Of a DNA stretch of 64,000 nt, positions 30,013-40,163 are shown in pieces (within the stretch, counting starts at the first letter, position 1; the number at the start of each line of letters is the position of its first letter). The stretch comes from Methanocellales archaeon (GTDB lineage: Archaea > Halobacteriota > UBA148 > JAUWXC01), in the NCBI GenBank assembly GCA_030610945.1, contig JAUWQV010000001.1, forward strand, positions 124,246 to 188,245, written 5' to 3'. A program made the position numbers and the translations under genes. Under the pieces are notes generated by a model. It saw nothing but the letters and a program-made list of their open reading frames with translations, did not search any database and was not told where the DNA came from.

Positions 30013-30915
30013 TCACACCAAATTCCTCAATCCAGCTTTCTCTACTATTTCCAATGCTCTTATGCGCTCCCCGGAGCTCAAGCGCCTGTTGATCTCAGGA
30101 TATTGATTCGCCCGGTGATAAGGCATGTACTGAAACATGAGGTTGAACCGCACCCCCGGCATGTGCTTCGCAACCCATGCAACAAGTGGCTTCGTACAGC
30201 ATTCGAGATGATTGGGCAATACAAGATGTCGTATAATAACATCCGCATCCTCGTGCGCTAACAGAAAGTTTCGCGTAGTAATGTCCCAGTAATTGTTTAC
30301 ATTTGAGTATTTCTTCGCGCACTCGTCATTTCCATACCTGAAATCCGCTAAATACACATCTATCACGCCGCTCAACAACTCCATCGCCTCTTTGGAGCAG
30401 TACATATTAGAATTCCATATCACGGGCGTGTTTACGTTGCATTTGTCCATGATTTGTAATATGGTGTGCAGGTGCGGTGTTGGGTCGCCGCCAACGAAGT
30501 TTACATTTTTCGCACCCTGATAGTTTCTCATTGCAATAATCTCTGCCATCCTCGCTGGCAAAACCGGCGTTCCAGACGTTGGAGCAGTCGATATATCCCA
30601 GTTCTGGCAGTAGACGCATGAAAAGGTGCAGCCCGTGAAGAAAATCGTGTGCGATGGCACCAATTCTGGCTCCTCGCCATAATGGAGAAACTCCGAGGCA
30701 TAGTACGAGACCGCCTCAACGCCGCAGTATCCGACTTCGTGCTCTAGCCGGTTCACACCACAGCGCCGCTCACAGAAATGGCAGTGCCGCAGTATTTCAT
30801 TTGCCTTTTCTATTTTCGCGCTTAATGACGAGGTTCGCTTTGCAAGCAGATATTTCGCTAAACACTTCCCGCTCAAAATGTCAAAATACCGCCCAATTCT
30901 TTGTACCTGCGACAT
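30013..30915 (-). CDS. Radical SAM protein (PflX / pyruvate formate-lyase activase-like)
   Basis: CTFSCVYCQNW CxxxCxxC motif; 300 aa. Confidence 0.8.
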   Translation of the reverse strand: MSQVQRIGRYFDILSGKCLAKYLLAKRTSSLSAKIEKANEILRHCHFCERRCGVNRLEHEVGYCGVEAVSYYASEFLHYGEEPELVPSHTIFFTGCTFSCVYCQNWDISTAPTSGTPVLPARMAEIIAMRNYQGAKNVNFVGGDPTPHLHTILQIMDKCNVNTPVIWNSNMYCSKEAMELLSGVIDVYLADFRYGNDECAKKYSNVNNYWDITTRNFLLAHEDADVIIRHLVLPNHLECCTKPLVAWVAKHMPGVRFNLMFQYMPYHRANQYPEINRRLSSGERIRALEIVEKAGLRNLV

Positions 30916-30918
30916 AGC

Positions 30919-32814
30919 TTAATGTGGTACCGCTTTGTCTGGTAGCGTAATCCCAATCCTGGCGTCAGAGGCGAACTTTTTGAGGCGTTTGAGTAACCCA
31001 CCTTTTCTCCTGCCCATAAGACTGTGCTCAAGAACGTCATTGATTGACGCTACAGGAATGATTTTAATCGCATCCTTGTACTTGTCCTCGATCAGCACGT
31101 CGTTCTCATTCGCCTTGGGAATTAATACCGTTTTAATGCCAGATTTGGCGGCTGCCTCAATTTTATATGTCACACCTCCAACTGGCAATACCTCGCCCCT
31201 AACAGACAAAGAGCCTGTCATCGCAACGCTCTGGTCGATAGGGACACCTTCAAGTGCAGATAGGACGGCTGTAGCGACGGAGATGGATGCACTATCACCT
31301 TCCACGCCTTCATAGGTTCCAATGAACTGGATGTGAATGTCCTTGTTCGAGATATCATGGCCGGTGAACTTCTTAAAGAACGCCGAGACGTTTTGCACCG
31401 ACTCCCTGGCTATATCCTGGAGCTGCCCGGTGGCGATGACTTTTCCCTCTTCCTTTGACTGGGCAGGCGTCACCTCAGCGACGATGGGGAGAACTACCCC
31501 TGAGTCACCGCCAACAATAGCAAGTCCATTCACCCTGCCAATCTCTGCACCCGTGCTTCTGAACATTTTGTAATCCGTTCTTTGCTCGAGATATCTATCT
31601 GCTGCCTGCTGCTCTATGGAGCGGGACATCTTCTTGGCATTCCTGACGTGCTCGGCTGTTGTGAGTTCGGCGCCTTCGGCGCTGGCAATATCGCCGGCAA
31701 CCCTGACCAACCCACCGAGGTCTCTCAGCTTTAGGGTTAACCGACCTTTTCGACCGGAGCGCCGTCGCGCCTCTAGGATGATTTCCTTAACTGCATCTAC
31801 AGTAAAGTGAGGAATTTTTTTGTCTTTCTTCACTTCCTGCGCGACAAATCTGACCAATTTGCGCCGATTCTCTGGCGTGTCATCCATGGTATCCCGCACG
31901 TAGACTTCATAGCCATATCCCTTTATTCTTGAGCGCAACGCGGGATGCATCTCTTTTATTGATTCAAGATTGCCGGCAGCCACCATGATAAAGTCACACG
32001 GCACCGGCTCTGTTTTAACCATCGCTCCTGAGCTGCGCTCAGACTGTCCGGTAATCGAATATTCGCCTTCCTGCAAAGCGGTAAGCAGGCTATACTGTGA
32101 CTCGGGTCGCAGGAGGTTGATTTCATCGATGAAGAGAACACCTTTATGCGCCTTATGAATGGCTCCTGCCTCTACCCTATCGTGAGCGGGTGTCTCGAGC
32201 CCTCCTGACTGGAAGGGGTCGTGCCTTACATCCCCTAACAGGGCACCTGAATGCGAGCCGGTAGCATCGATGTACGGAGCAGTATCCTTGCCTTCGCCTG
32301 ATACTAACAACTTAGGAACAAGCGCTTCTTCTCTTGGCGTAACATACCTGAGCGCAACAAAGATGAGGACTGCGGCAATGATTCCAAAAAGCAGTTGATG
32401 TGTAATAATGGAGTATATGATGATTGCCATGACGAATAGCATGTACATCAGACTGCGCATCTGGGTTTTTTTCTGTGCCTCTGCCCTGTGAGATTCGACG
32501 ATTTGTTTTCCTTTCCCAGCAGGAACGACCCTAACCCTTGGATTGTTGTTATCATCGGGATTATAATAGACCAAAACATCCTGCATCTCTTCTTTTGGGA
32601 GAAGTTTAGCCATAGCCTTAGCTAACATCGATTTGCCGGTTCCCGGCGTACCGATTAGCATCACATGGCGGCGCTGCTTGGCCGCCTTTTTTACCACTTC
32701 GACCGCGTGCTCCTGACCTATGACCTGGTCGACCAAAATCTCGGGCACCTTGATGTCGCTGGTCGCAGTTATTTCCAATCCGCCCAAAACATCATCCATC
32801 GTTGTCCTCAACAT
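30919..32814 (-). CDS. lonB: Archaeal membrane-bound Lon protease (LonB)
   Basis: Walker A GTPGTGKS. Two TM helices are inserted in the AAA+ domain (MYMLFVMAIIIYS...IAAVLIFVAL). C-terminal Ser-Lys protease domain (GDSASI, KIEAA). Confidence 0.9.
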   Translation of the reverse strand: MLRTTMDDVLGGLEITATSDIKVPEILVDQVIGQEHAVEVVKKAAKQRRHVMLIGTPGTGKSMLAKAMAKLLPKEEMQDVLVYYNPDDNNNPRVRVVPAGKGKQIVESHRAEAQKKTQMRSLMYMLFVMAIIIYSIITHQLLFGIIAAVLIFVALRYVTPREEALVPKLLVSGEGKDTAPYIDATGSHSGALLGDVRHDPFQSGGLETPAHDRVEAGAIHKAHKGVLFIDEINLLRPESQYSLLTALQEGEYSITGQSERSSGAMVKTEPVPCDFIMVAAGNLESIKEMHPALRSRIKGYGYEVYVRDTMDDTPENRRKLVRFVAQEVKKDKKIPHFTVDAVKEIILEARRRSGRKGRLTLKLRDLGGLVRVAGDIASAEGAELTTAEHVRNAKKMSRSIEQQAADRYLEQRTDYKMFRSTGAEIGRVNGLAIVGGDSGVVLPIVAEVTPAQSKEEGKVIATGQLQDIARESVQNVSAFFKKFTGHDISNKDIHIQFIGTYEGVEGDSASISVATAVLSALEGVPIDQSVAMTGSLSVRGEVLPVGGVTYKIEAAAKSGIKTVLIPKANENDVLIEDKYKDAIKIIPVASINDVLEHSLMGRRKGGLLKRLKKFASDARIGITLPDKAVPH

Positions 32815-32854
32815 AATTGGAATCTACAATATAATATCTTTCTGGCTGATGTGC

Positions 32855-34168
32855 TTACCTCTCAAGGGCGTCAAGGGCAAGCGTTAGTATATCAACCACC
32901 GATGACACAGGGGGCGCATAACAGGTCTCGATGTGTCGCAGTTGCCCACATGTCGCTCCGCTTTTAATCATAAATGATAGCGCATCAATCCTCTCTTTCA
33001 CGCCCTCCTCAGAGATGAGCTGTGCACCAATTAATCGTTCCTCTGCGAATAGCAGCTTGGCACAAATCTTTTTCCCACCAGGATAACAATGCGCTCTGGT
33101 CAATCCATGCGCCTTTCCTTCAGTTGGCACCAATCCCGCCTGCTTGGCAGCATACGAGGTTAATCCAACAGATCCAACCTGAAGACCTGCAATAACTGAT
33201 ACGACCGGGTTTACGGCAGGAGCAAATATTGCATCCCCTCCACAGACATTCTCTGCCACAACCCTGGCCTGCTGGACAGCTGTTCCCCCCAGCATACTGA
33301 GTGTGGGGCGAGCGGTTATATGATGGGCAACTTCTACACAGCCCCCTGCGGCATAGACGCTTGCGCTCTTGGCCATGCGCATGGAAGGGGCAACTTGTAT
33401 GCCTCCTGTCTCGCCAATTTTAATGCCCGCCTGTTTAGCAAGGCCGACGTTTGGCTTTGTGCCATGGGATATGATTACCAAATCTGCCGGGATTATCTCT
33501 TTGCCAACGGTAACAAATTCCACATGTTCGGGGCCGTTAATCGAGCCAAGTGGAGAGCCTGTGATGACCTTCGCACCCAAACTTTCCAACTTATTTTGAA
33601 CGATGGTCGTCATATCCGGGTCGAGATACCCAGGGAGTAGATACGGTGACGGTGCCACCATCGTGGTGTTGATTCCAGAGGTGATTAACGCCGATGTTAT
33701 TTCAAGGGTTGTAGGGTCCGCACCTGCCACTACAGCATTTGTCGCATTTTTCATGGCTTCCTTGATTTTTTTACCATCCTCAATGCTTTTAATGAAAAAA
33801 ACGCCGTTTTTGTCGATGCCGGGTATCTGCGGAATGTCGTGGGCAACACCGGTCGCTATCACGAGGTGACCATAAGCACGTTTCTCGCCTTCAACGATGA
33901 TGGAGTTATTCTCAATGTCGATGGCAGTGACCTCTGTGTTGGTGCGCAGATCAATGCTCTTGTCCTTGTAATAGGCGAAATCATGCATCATAAGGTCTTC
34001 AAAAGAGGTTATGTCGCCAGACAAAACAAAGGAGATGTCACGCGGGGAATATGCCACGTATTGATCCTTGGTAAAAAGGGTGATTCCTATATTAGGGTCT
34101 TTTTCGCGAACGTACGAAGCAACTGACGCCCCGGCGAGCCCGCTGCCAATAATCACAAGTTCTGGCAT
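32855..34168 (-). CDS. FAD-dependent pyridine nucleotide-disulfide oxidoreductase (Nox/CoADR-like)
   Basis: N-terminal GSGLAG FAD motif, a second dinucleotide motif, 437 aa. See the finding about the apparently missing N-terminal redox cysteine. Confidence 0.75.
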   Translation of the reverse strand: MPELVIIGSGLAGASVASYVREKDPNIGITLFTKDQYVAYSPRDISFVLSGDITSFEDLMMHDFAYYKDKSIDLRTNTEVTAIDIENNSIIVEGEKRAYGHLVIATGVAHDIPQIPGIDKNGVFFIKSIEDGKKIKEAMKNATNAVVAGADPTTLEITSALITSGINTTMVAPSPYLLPGYLDPDMTTIVQNKLESLGAKVITGSPLGSINGPEHVEFVTVGKEIIPADLVIISHGTKPNVGLAKQAGIKIGETGGIQVAPSMRMAKSASVYAAGGCVEVAHHITARPTLSMLGGTAVQQARVVAENVCGGDAIFAPAVNPVVSVIAGLQVGSVGLTSYAAKQAGLVPTEGKAHGLTRAHCYPGGKKICAKLLFAEERLIGAQLISEEGVKERIDALSFMIKSGATCGQLRHIETCYAPPVSSVVDILTLALDALER

Positions 34169-34261
34169 GACATCAACTTATTAAACACCTTGTTTATAAT
34201 ATTGTTGCATTAAAAAGCCTAAAGTTTATAATAATAAAGACGATTATGCGTAGGGGTTAAT

Positions 34262-35101
34262 GTGAAAATCATTGGAGGGTCAGCATCGCAGTTGCTCGCA
34301 AGCAGGGTTGCGTCCAGATTGGGCTGCGAACTTATTAGGGTTGAGTACAAACGGTTCCCTGATGGCGAATCGTACGTGCGCGTGCAGGACGACATCGATG
34401 AGGTTTTAATAATCCAGAGTACAGTCGTAGATAGTGATTGGATTTGCCTGCTGCAGTTGATCGATGCATGCGAGGGTGCGAAGCATATCAGAGTGGTGAT
34501 ACCGTATGTTGGATACGCACGCCAAGACAGCCAGTCGCACCCGGGGGAGGCAATAAGTGCAAGGGCTTTGGCAAAAACCGTTCACGCAGATGAAATTTTC
34601 ACGATAAACATCCACAATCCGTCCATCCTGAAGTATTTTAGCGGAAAGGCACGCGACTTGGATGCGGCGCCCTCCATCGGGAGATATGTCAGTTCCCTTA
34701 AACTTAACAAGCCCATCATAATCGCGCCTGATAATGGAGCAAGGGCACTGGCTGAATCCGCTGCCTCAAACCTCGGCATCGATTTTGATGTTTTGGAAAA
34801 GAAGCGGCTGAGTGGCGATGAAGTAGAGATAAGGGCAAAGCACCTTGACGTTACGGACAGGGATGTCGTCATAATAGATGACATAATCTCAACCGGCGGA
34901 ACGATGGCAGAGACGATTGAATTGCTCAGAAGGCAAAAGCCGAACGACATCTATACAGCCTGCGTACACCCAGTACTCGTGAGGGATGCGGTTAGCAGAC
35001 TATTTCAGGCAGGTGCAAAGGATATCATCGCAACAGACACTATTGAAAAGGGCGTAAGCGTTGTCAGCGTTGCGCCGATAATTGCCGAAGCGCTGAAGTG
35101 A
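34262..35101 (+). CDS. prs: Ribose-phosphate pyrophosphokinase
   Basis: FPDGE, the YARQD-like motif (GYARQDS) and the PRPP loop VVIIDDIISTGGT. GTG start. Confidence 0.9.
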   Translation: MKIIGGSASQLLASRVASRLGCELIRVEYKRFPDGESYVRVQDDIDEVLIIQSTVVDSDWICLLQLIDACEGAKHIRVVIPYVGYARQDSQSHPGEAISARALAKTVHADEIFTINIHNPSILKYFSGKARDLDAAPSIGRYVSSLKLNKPIIIAPDNGARALAESAASNLGIDFDVLEKKRLSGDEVEIRAKHLDVTDRDVVIIDDIISTGGTMAETIELLRRQKPNDIYTACVHPVLVRDAVSRLFQAGAKDIIATDTIEKGVSVVSVAPIIAEALK

Positions 35102-35107
35102 TGCGCT

Positions 35108-36121
35108 ATGGGGCGAGGCACAATGCTGGAGATAGATGGCTCGCATGGAGAGGGTGGGGGGCAGATTCTCAGAACCGCAGTTGCGCTCGCTACCTTGACC
35201 GGGAAAAGTGTCAAAATTAAAAACATAAGAGCAAGTAGATCAAAACCTGGACTTGCTCCACAGCACCTGGAAGCGGTGCGCTGTATGTCATCGCTGACGG
35301 ATGCAGAAGTTAGTGGATTGGCGCTGAGGTCGACGGAAATCACATTTGCCCCCAGGGGAATTAAGGGAGGCGAACATGAGATTGACATAGGCACGGCAGG
35401 CAGCATCCCCCTTCTTTTGGAGTGCATCATGCCTGCAGCCACACGTGCGGAGGATGTTCTTTCCTTGAACATAAGAGGGGGAACAGATGTCAGATGGGCG
35501 CCGTCAATCGACTATGTAAGGTATGTTTTCCTGCCAGCAATAGCCAAGATGGGTTACAACGCTGAGATCGAGGTTGTCCGGAGGGGTTATTACCCGCGCG
35601 GCGGGGGTCTTGTCAGAGCAGTCATCCATCCTTCGGGGCTGAAGGGTGTTGAGTTTACACCTCCGGAAGAAATTACGATAAAGGGCATTTCCCATAGCTC
35701 GCGTCTGCCAGAACATGTTGCGCTCAGGCAGGCAGCGTCTGCAAAACAGATTTTAAGCGATGCGGGATACGATGCCTCCATATCCATCGAGACCAATAAC
35801 TATGAATCCACCGGCAGCGGCATCACGCTCTGGTGCGATAACATCGGTGGATGTGCGATAGGCGAAAGGGGCAAGCCTGCCGAGGAGGTTGGCAGAGAGG
35901 CAGCAGAATTCCTCTTGGGAGAACTAAACTCAGGTGCAAGCGTTGATGTACATCTCGCGGACCAACTCATACCCTACATGGCACTCGCCAAAGGCGAATC
36001 TGGCATTACGGCAAGAGAGTTTACAGTGCACACGAAAACGAATATCTGGGTGGTGGAGCAGTTTTTAGACGTAGAGTTTGACGCGCACGAAAATGAACTT
36101 GTCAAGATCGCTAAGAGATGA
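35108..36121 (+). CDS. rtcA: RNA 3'-terminal phosphate cyclase
   Basis: IDGSHGEGGGQILRTA N-terminal signature and the H-containing DVHLADQL motif; 337 aa. Confidence 0.9.
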   Translation: MGRGTMLEIDGSHGEGGGQILRTAVALATLTGKSVKIKNIRASRSKPGLAPQHLEAVRCMSSLTDAEVSGLALRSTEITFAPRGIKGGEHEIDIGTAGSIPLLLECIMPAATRAEDVLSLNIRGGTDVRWAPSIDYVRYVFLPAIAKMGYNAEIEVVRRGYYPRGGGLVRAVIHPSGLKGVEFTPPEEITIKGISHSSRLPEHVALRQAASAKQILSDAGYDASISIETNNYESTGSGITLWCDNIGGCAIGERGKPAEEVGREAAEFLLGELNSGASVDVHLADQLIPYMALAKGESGITAREFTVHTKTNIWVVEQFLDVEFDAHENELVKIAKR

Positions 36122-36740
36122 TTTCTAAGAATGTGGGTGGAATGATCTCTGAGAGGCAGATTTGCTCGCTGACGTTCATTATCTTGATTCCACTTTCCTG
36201 CGCCTGCCTGGCATTTATGATTATCACAATGGGCTGATCGGTCCTATATTTTGCAACCCTGATCGCTTCGTCAAAACTAGTGCTTAGATGGAGATACCTC
36301 TGATTGACTGTCTTCAGCCCAACCTCAAGTATTCTATCCGCCTCCTCCTCTGTTGTGCCGTAGTACAGCTCTGGCCGCTCATTAAGGGGGAAATCCAGAT
36401 CGACGTCAACTGAGTGCGCGTACCTTGCCCTGATCTTGTCCTCTTTTATTTCATACCTCCCCTTTACGTCGGATTCGATCAACGCGAAAAGATGTTCCCT
36501 GTAAAACCACCTGTACCTATCTTCCAGTGCGGTAATTAAAGACTCCATATCCACCCATCCTCGTTTGTCCATCTCAAGACGCAACTTTTCCGGGAAATGC
36601 CGCAGCGCACCTGACACCATCTTTCCGAGCTGTATCGTCCTTCCCCCATCCAGGATGGGTCGTCCGGCCTGATCGCATTGACATTTCTCGCCCCTGAAAT
36701 ATCCATGAGTGGGGCACATCCTTATTTGATCTGTTTCCAT
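36111..36740 (-). CDS. kptA: RNA 2'-phosphotransferase (KptA/Tpt1)
   Basis: LRHFPEKL, RARYAHSV and RYLHLS motifs. N-terminal Cys/His knuckle (CPTHGYFRGEKCQC). Convergent 11-nt overlap with rtcA. Confidence 0.85.
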   Translation of the reverse strand: METDQIRMCPTHGYFRGEKCQCDQAGRPILDGGRTIQLGKMVSGALRHFPEKLRLEMDKRGWVDMESLITALEDRYRWFYREHLFALIESDVKGRYEIKEDKIRARYAHSVDVDLDFPLNERPELYYGTTEEEADRILEVGLKTVNQRYLHLSTSFDEAIRVAKYRTDQPIVIIINARQAQESGIKIMNVSEQICLSEIIPPTFLEIIS

Positions 36741-36787
36741 TTTTAGTCCCCCTAAAGATGTGAAGTAGAAATATTACGTTTTGCCAT

Positions 36788-37966
36788 CTATGTTAAGGTT
36801 CTGGTGATATCTTTGATTACGTCCACCAATGCGTCCACTTCTTCCTGAGTATTGTATAGCGCAAAAGATGCGCGGACAGAGCCGGGAATGCCTAAAAACT
36901 GGTGGGCTGGCATGGCACAGTGATGGCCGCTCCTCGCGCAAATTCCGTGCTCATCGAGCACCATCGACACGTCATGAGAATCCATCGATGCGACGTTGAA
37001 TGAGACCACTCCCGCTCGTTTTAATGGGCCGTATACCTCGACATTCGGCAGTTCTGCTAAACGGGATGCTGCATCCCGCGCCAGCGATGTCACATGATGC
37101 TCTATGTCGGTTACGCCAACGTTTTCCACATACTCTACGGCGGCGCCCAGCCCAATCACGCCAGGTATGTTAGGAGTGCCGGGTTCGAAGCATGCTGGGG
37201 ACTCATCCAGTTCAAAGGAGTTCCTGGTGACTGATTTGGTGCCTCCTCCCCCTGAATACACGGGCTCGAGTTGGTCTGGATGCTTAACATACAACACGCC
37301 AGTGCCAGGAGGGCCCAACAATCCTTTGTGACCTGGAAATGCCAGAAAGTCGCAATCCAGTTTTTCAACGTCCACGGGCATGTGCCCCAAGGATTGCGCT
37401 CCATCTACCAGGAGTGCTGCACCGTTCTCATGTGCGAGTTTTGCAATTTCTTGGATGTTCAAAATCGAGCCGAATACATTTGAGATGTGCGTAATTGCGA
37501 TTAATTTCGTGCGCTCTGTCATTGCATCTTCGATTGACCCCGGGCTTAAAATGCCCTGCCGGTCAGACTCAATGACACTTACTTCAACGCCTTTTGGGCG
37601 GAGCCTGAGCCATGGAAGTAGATTGGAGTGATGCTCGAGAATGCTCGTGATGATGTGGTCGCCTTTTGACCATTTCATCCCCAGGGCGACCATGTTGATG
37701 GCTTCAGTTGTATTTTTGGTAAAAATCGTCTGGCATTCCTTTGCGCCTATGAATTTCGCAACTTTCCTTCGCGCCCCATCATATCGCTCGGTCGTCGTCC
37801 TCGCGAGTTTGTATGCTCCGCGCCCATAATTGGAAGCGTATTCGAAGAAATACTCGTTCATCGCCTCTACGACTGGCCTTGGTGTCTGTGATGTGGCGGC
37901 ACTGTCGAGATATATCACGCGGTCAAGAACCGGGAAATCCTTCCTGAGTTGCACGACGTCATACAT
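36788..37966 (-). CDS. Cysteine desulfurase (class V aminotransferase, SufS/CsdA-like)
   Basis: The PLP-lysine region FPGHKGLLGP is recognisable, as is the active-site Cys region (RSGHHCA); 392 aa. Confidence 0.85.
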   Translation of the reverse strand: MYDVVQLRKDFPVLDRVIYLDSAATSQTPRPVVEAMNEYFFEYASNYGRGAYKLARTTTERYDGARRKVAKFIGAKECQTIFTKNTTEAINMVALGMKWSKGDHIITSILEHHSNLLPWLRLRPKGVEVSVIESDRQGILSPGSIEDAMTERTKLIAITHISNVFGSILNIQEIAKLAHENGAALLVDGAQSLGHMPVDVEKLDCDFLAFPGHKGLLGPPGTGVLYVKHPDQLEPVYSGGGGTKSVTRNSFELDESPACFEPGTPNIPGVIGLGAAVEYVENVGVTDIEHHVTSLARDAASRLAELPNVEVYGPLKRAGVVSFNVASMDSHDVSMVLDEHGICARSGHHCAMPAHQFLGIPGSVRASFALYNTQEEVDALVDVIKDITRTLT

Positions 37967-38014
37967 GAGACGTAAGAATATATCTTGAGATTAGAAATAT
38001 GTTGCGAGTTGTCT

Positions 38015-38782
38015 TCATACTCGTAATTTGTGTGAGATTCGTTCAAAGCCAATTTCTCTGAACTTTTTTAGAATTCCATCTGCATTTGTTATGATGACCT
38101 GCATATCGTCCTTAGACAACTCCATGCATGCCGAGTTGCTGTTATGCCTGACTCTGATGTCGGTGAGCCCCTTGCTTCGCAGGAACTCTTCTGCATCTCT
38201 TATCTGGCGCAGTTTCTCCTTCGTGATTCTCTGCCCGCAGGGTATGCGCGTGGCCAGGCAGGATTCGGATGGCTTGTCCGCATTGGGCAGATTCAGGCGA
38301 GCTGCCATCTCCTTAGCCTCGGATTTTGTAACGCCAAAATCGAGCAGGGGTGTGAAAACGCTAAATTCTTTCAGCGCTCTGTAGCCAGGCCGGTTTTCAT
38401 CAAGGTCGGATGCGTTGGTCCCATCCACGATTGTACTCGCGCCTGCAATCTTCCTCAACTCTGACAGCATGCGCTTCTTGCAGTGATAGCACCTATCGGG
38501 AGGGTTTTGCACGAATTTTGGGTGAGCGAGCATATCCAACTTCATAATCTTATGTGGCATTCCAATCTTAGTGGCGACCCGCTTCGCGCCTTCCAGCTCC
38601 CCTGGAGACAATAATCCCAAGTCTATCGTGATGGCTGACACTCTTTCAGCCAGGGCATCATACGCCAGGGAGGCCACGACAGAACTGTCAACTCCTCCTG
38701 AAAATGCAACTAAAACGTCGCGCTTCTGTGCCAGCGCTGCCCTGATTTTATCCATTTTTTCCGCTATATTATCGGCTTTCAT
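38015..38782 (-). CDS. PP-loop ATP pyrophosphatase, LarE-like sulfur transferase (TIGR00268-like)
   Basis: PP-loop AFSGGVDSSV and the conserved Cys motif SCLATRIP. Confidence 0.7.
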   Translation of the reverse strand: MKADNIAEKMDKIRAALAQKRDVLVAFSGGVDSSVVASLAYDALAERVSAITIDLGLLSPGELEGAKRVATKIGMPHKIMKLDMLAHPKFVQNPPDRCYHCKKRMLSELRKIAGASTIVDGTNASDLDENRPGYRALKEFSVFTPLLDFGVTKSEAKEMAARLNLPNADKPSESCLATRIPCGQRITKEKLRQIRDAEEFLRSKGLTDIRVRHNSNSACMELSKDDMQVIITNADGILKKFREIGFERISHKLRV

Positions 38783-38825
38783 ATCGGCAAAATTATCTAT
38801 AAGGGTTCAGGTATTAATTACTTGC

Positions 38826-40163
38826 ATGAGCTGGAGACCGACTTTTGGGACAAATGGCATTCGGGGCATTGTAAATGAAGAGTTGACGCCTGAGATTGCG
38901 CTGAGACTGTGCCTGAGTCTGGGAACGCTGTGCAGCGGAGATATTGCGATAGGGAGAGATACGCGAGTCTCAGGGGAGATGATTAAGAGCGCTGCAATGT
39001 CTGGCTTACTGGCGACGGGAAACAAGGTCATCAACCTTGGCATTGCACCCAGTCCTGCGATTCAGTATTATGGAAAGCATAACGCGGATGCTGGCGTCAT
39101 CGTAACGGCGTCGCACAATCCCAAGGAATACAATGGCCTGAAGTTTATAGACGGGGCGGGCATGGAGTTCAGCAGGGAGCATGAGAAAGAGGTTGAAAAG
39201 GCCTATAATAAAGGCGAATTCAAGATGGTTAAGTGGAGCGAAACTGGGGAGTTAACCACAGCCAATGCAATTCCGGATTACAAAGAGGGTATCAAGAAAC
39301 TGGTCGATGTTGAAAATATCAAGGGCAGAAAGTTCAAGGTTGTAGTGGACCCGGGGAATAGCGCAGCATGTGGAGTGGCATCTTCTATTTTGCGCGAACT
39401 TGGATGTGAGGTAATTGAGATAAACGCAGAGCCAGATGGAACGTTTCCAGGAAGGTCTCCTGAGCCGACCGCTGATGTACTGGGAGATTTAATGGCGATG
39501 GTTAAAAAGAGCGGGGCAGACTTCGGCGTTGCCTATGATGGCGATGCCGACAGGGCAGTCTTTGTAGATGAACGTGGTGAATTCGTCAGCGAGGACGTGT
39601 TGCTTGCGATATTTGCGAAGAGCGCGCTGGAAAGGAAAAAGGGAGTTGTCGTAACGCCCGTGAGCTCGTCGTCATGCGTTGCTGAGGTTGTTGAACATTG
39701 TGGCGGGGAGATCGTTTGGACACCTGTGGGGAGCATATACGTCGCGAGAAAGATGATTGAGACGAGGGCGGTTTTCGGCGGCGAGGGGAACGGTGGCCTG
39801 ATTTTCCCGGAACACCAGTATTGTAGGGATGGCGTCGCAGCAACAGCAAAAATGCTTGAAATGCTATGCACTGGAAAAACTCTGTCACAGCTTGCTGACG
39901 AGATTCCCAGATACTATCACATAAAGGAGAAATTGAAGGTTAAGAACAAAAACGAGGTGATGGAGAAGGTCAAGGATACCGCCAGGGGCAAGGTGGACAC
40001 GACCGATGGCGTAAAGATTTGGCATGATGATGGCTGGGTGCTGGTTCGCGCCTCGGGAACTGAGCCCATCATCAGGATATTCGCGGAGTCGAAATCACAG
40101 AAGATGGCGAAGGAGTTGCTGCAGGAAGGGATTGAACTTGTCAAACGGGCTGAGCATACATGA
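38826..40163 (+). CDS. glmM: Phosphoglucosamine/phosphomannomutase (archaeal GlmM-type alpha-D-phosphohexomutase)
   Basis: FGTNGIRG, the active-site TASHNP, the metal loop DGDADR and GEGNGG. ATG at 38826; the track ORF is over-extended upstream. Confidence 0.85.
   Translation: MSWRPTFGTNGIRGIVNEELTPEIALRLCLSLGTLCSGDIAIGRDTRVSGEMIKSAAMSGLLATGNKVINLGIAPSPAIQYYGKHNADAGVIVTASHNPKEYNGLKFIDGAGMEFSREHEKEVEKAYNKGEFKMVKWSETGELTTANAIPDYKEGIKKLVDVENIKGRKFKVVVDPGNSAACGVASSILRELGCEVIEINAEPDGTFPGRSPEPTADVLGDLMAMVKKSGADFGVAYDGDADRAVFVDERGEFVSEDVLLAIFAKSALERKKGVVVTPVSSSSCVAEVVEHCGGEIVWTPVGSIYVARKMIETRAVFGGEGNGGLIFPEHQYCRDGVAATAKMLEMLCTGKTLSQLADEIPRYYHIKEKLKVKNKNEVMEKVKDTARGKVDTTDGVKIWHDDGWVLVRASGTEPIIRIFAESKSQKMAKELLQEGIELVKRAEHT

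Noticed and set aside
36635-36740. N-terminal Cys/His knuckle (CPTHGYFRGEKCQC) of KptA as a novel fusion
   Set aside because: From memory, many euryarchaeal KptA/Tpt1 proteins begin with a similar C-x2-HG...C-x2-C segment. It is probably a known family feature rather than a novelty.
38571-38825. 85-codon N-terminal extension of the glmM ORF overlapping the larE-like gene
   Set aside because: The extension is antisense to a gene with a clear PP-loop motif. The conserved phosphohexomutase N-terminus (FGTNGIRG) begins right after the ATG at 38826.
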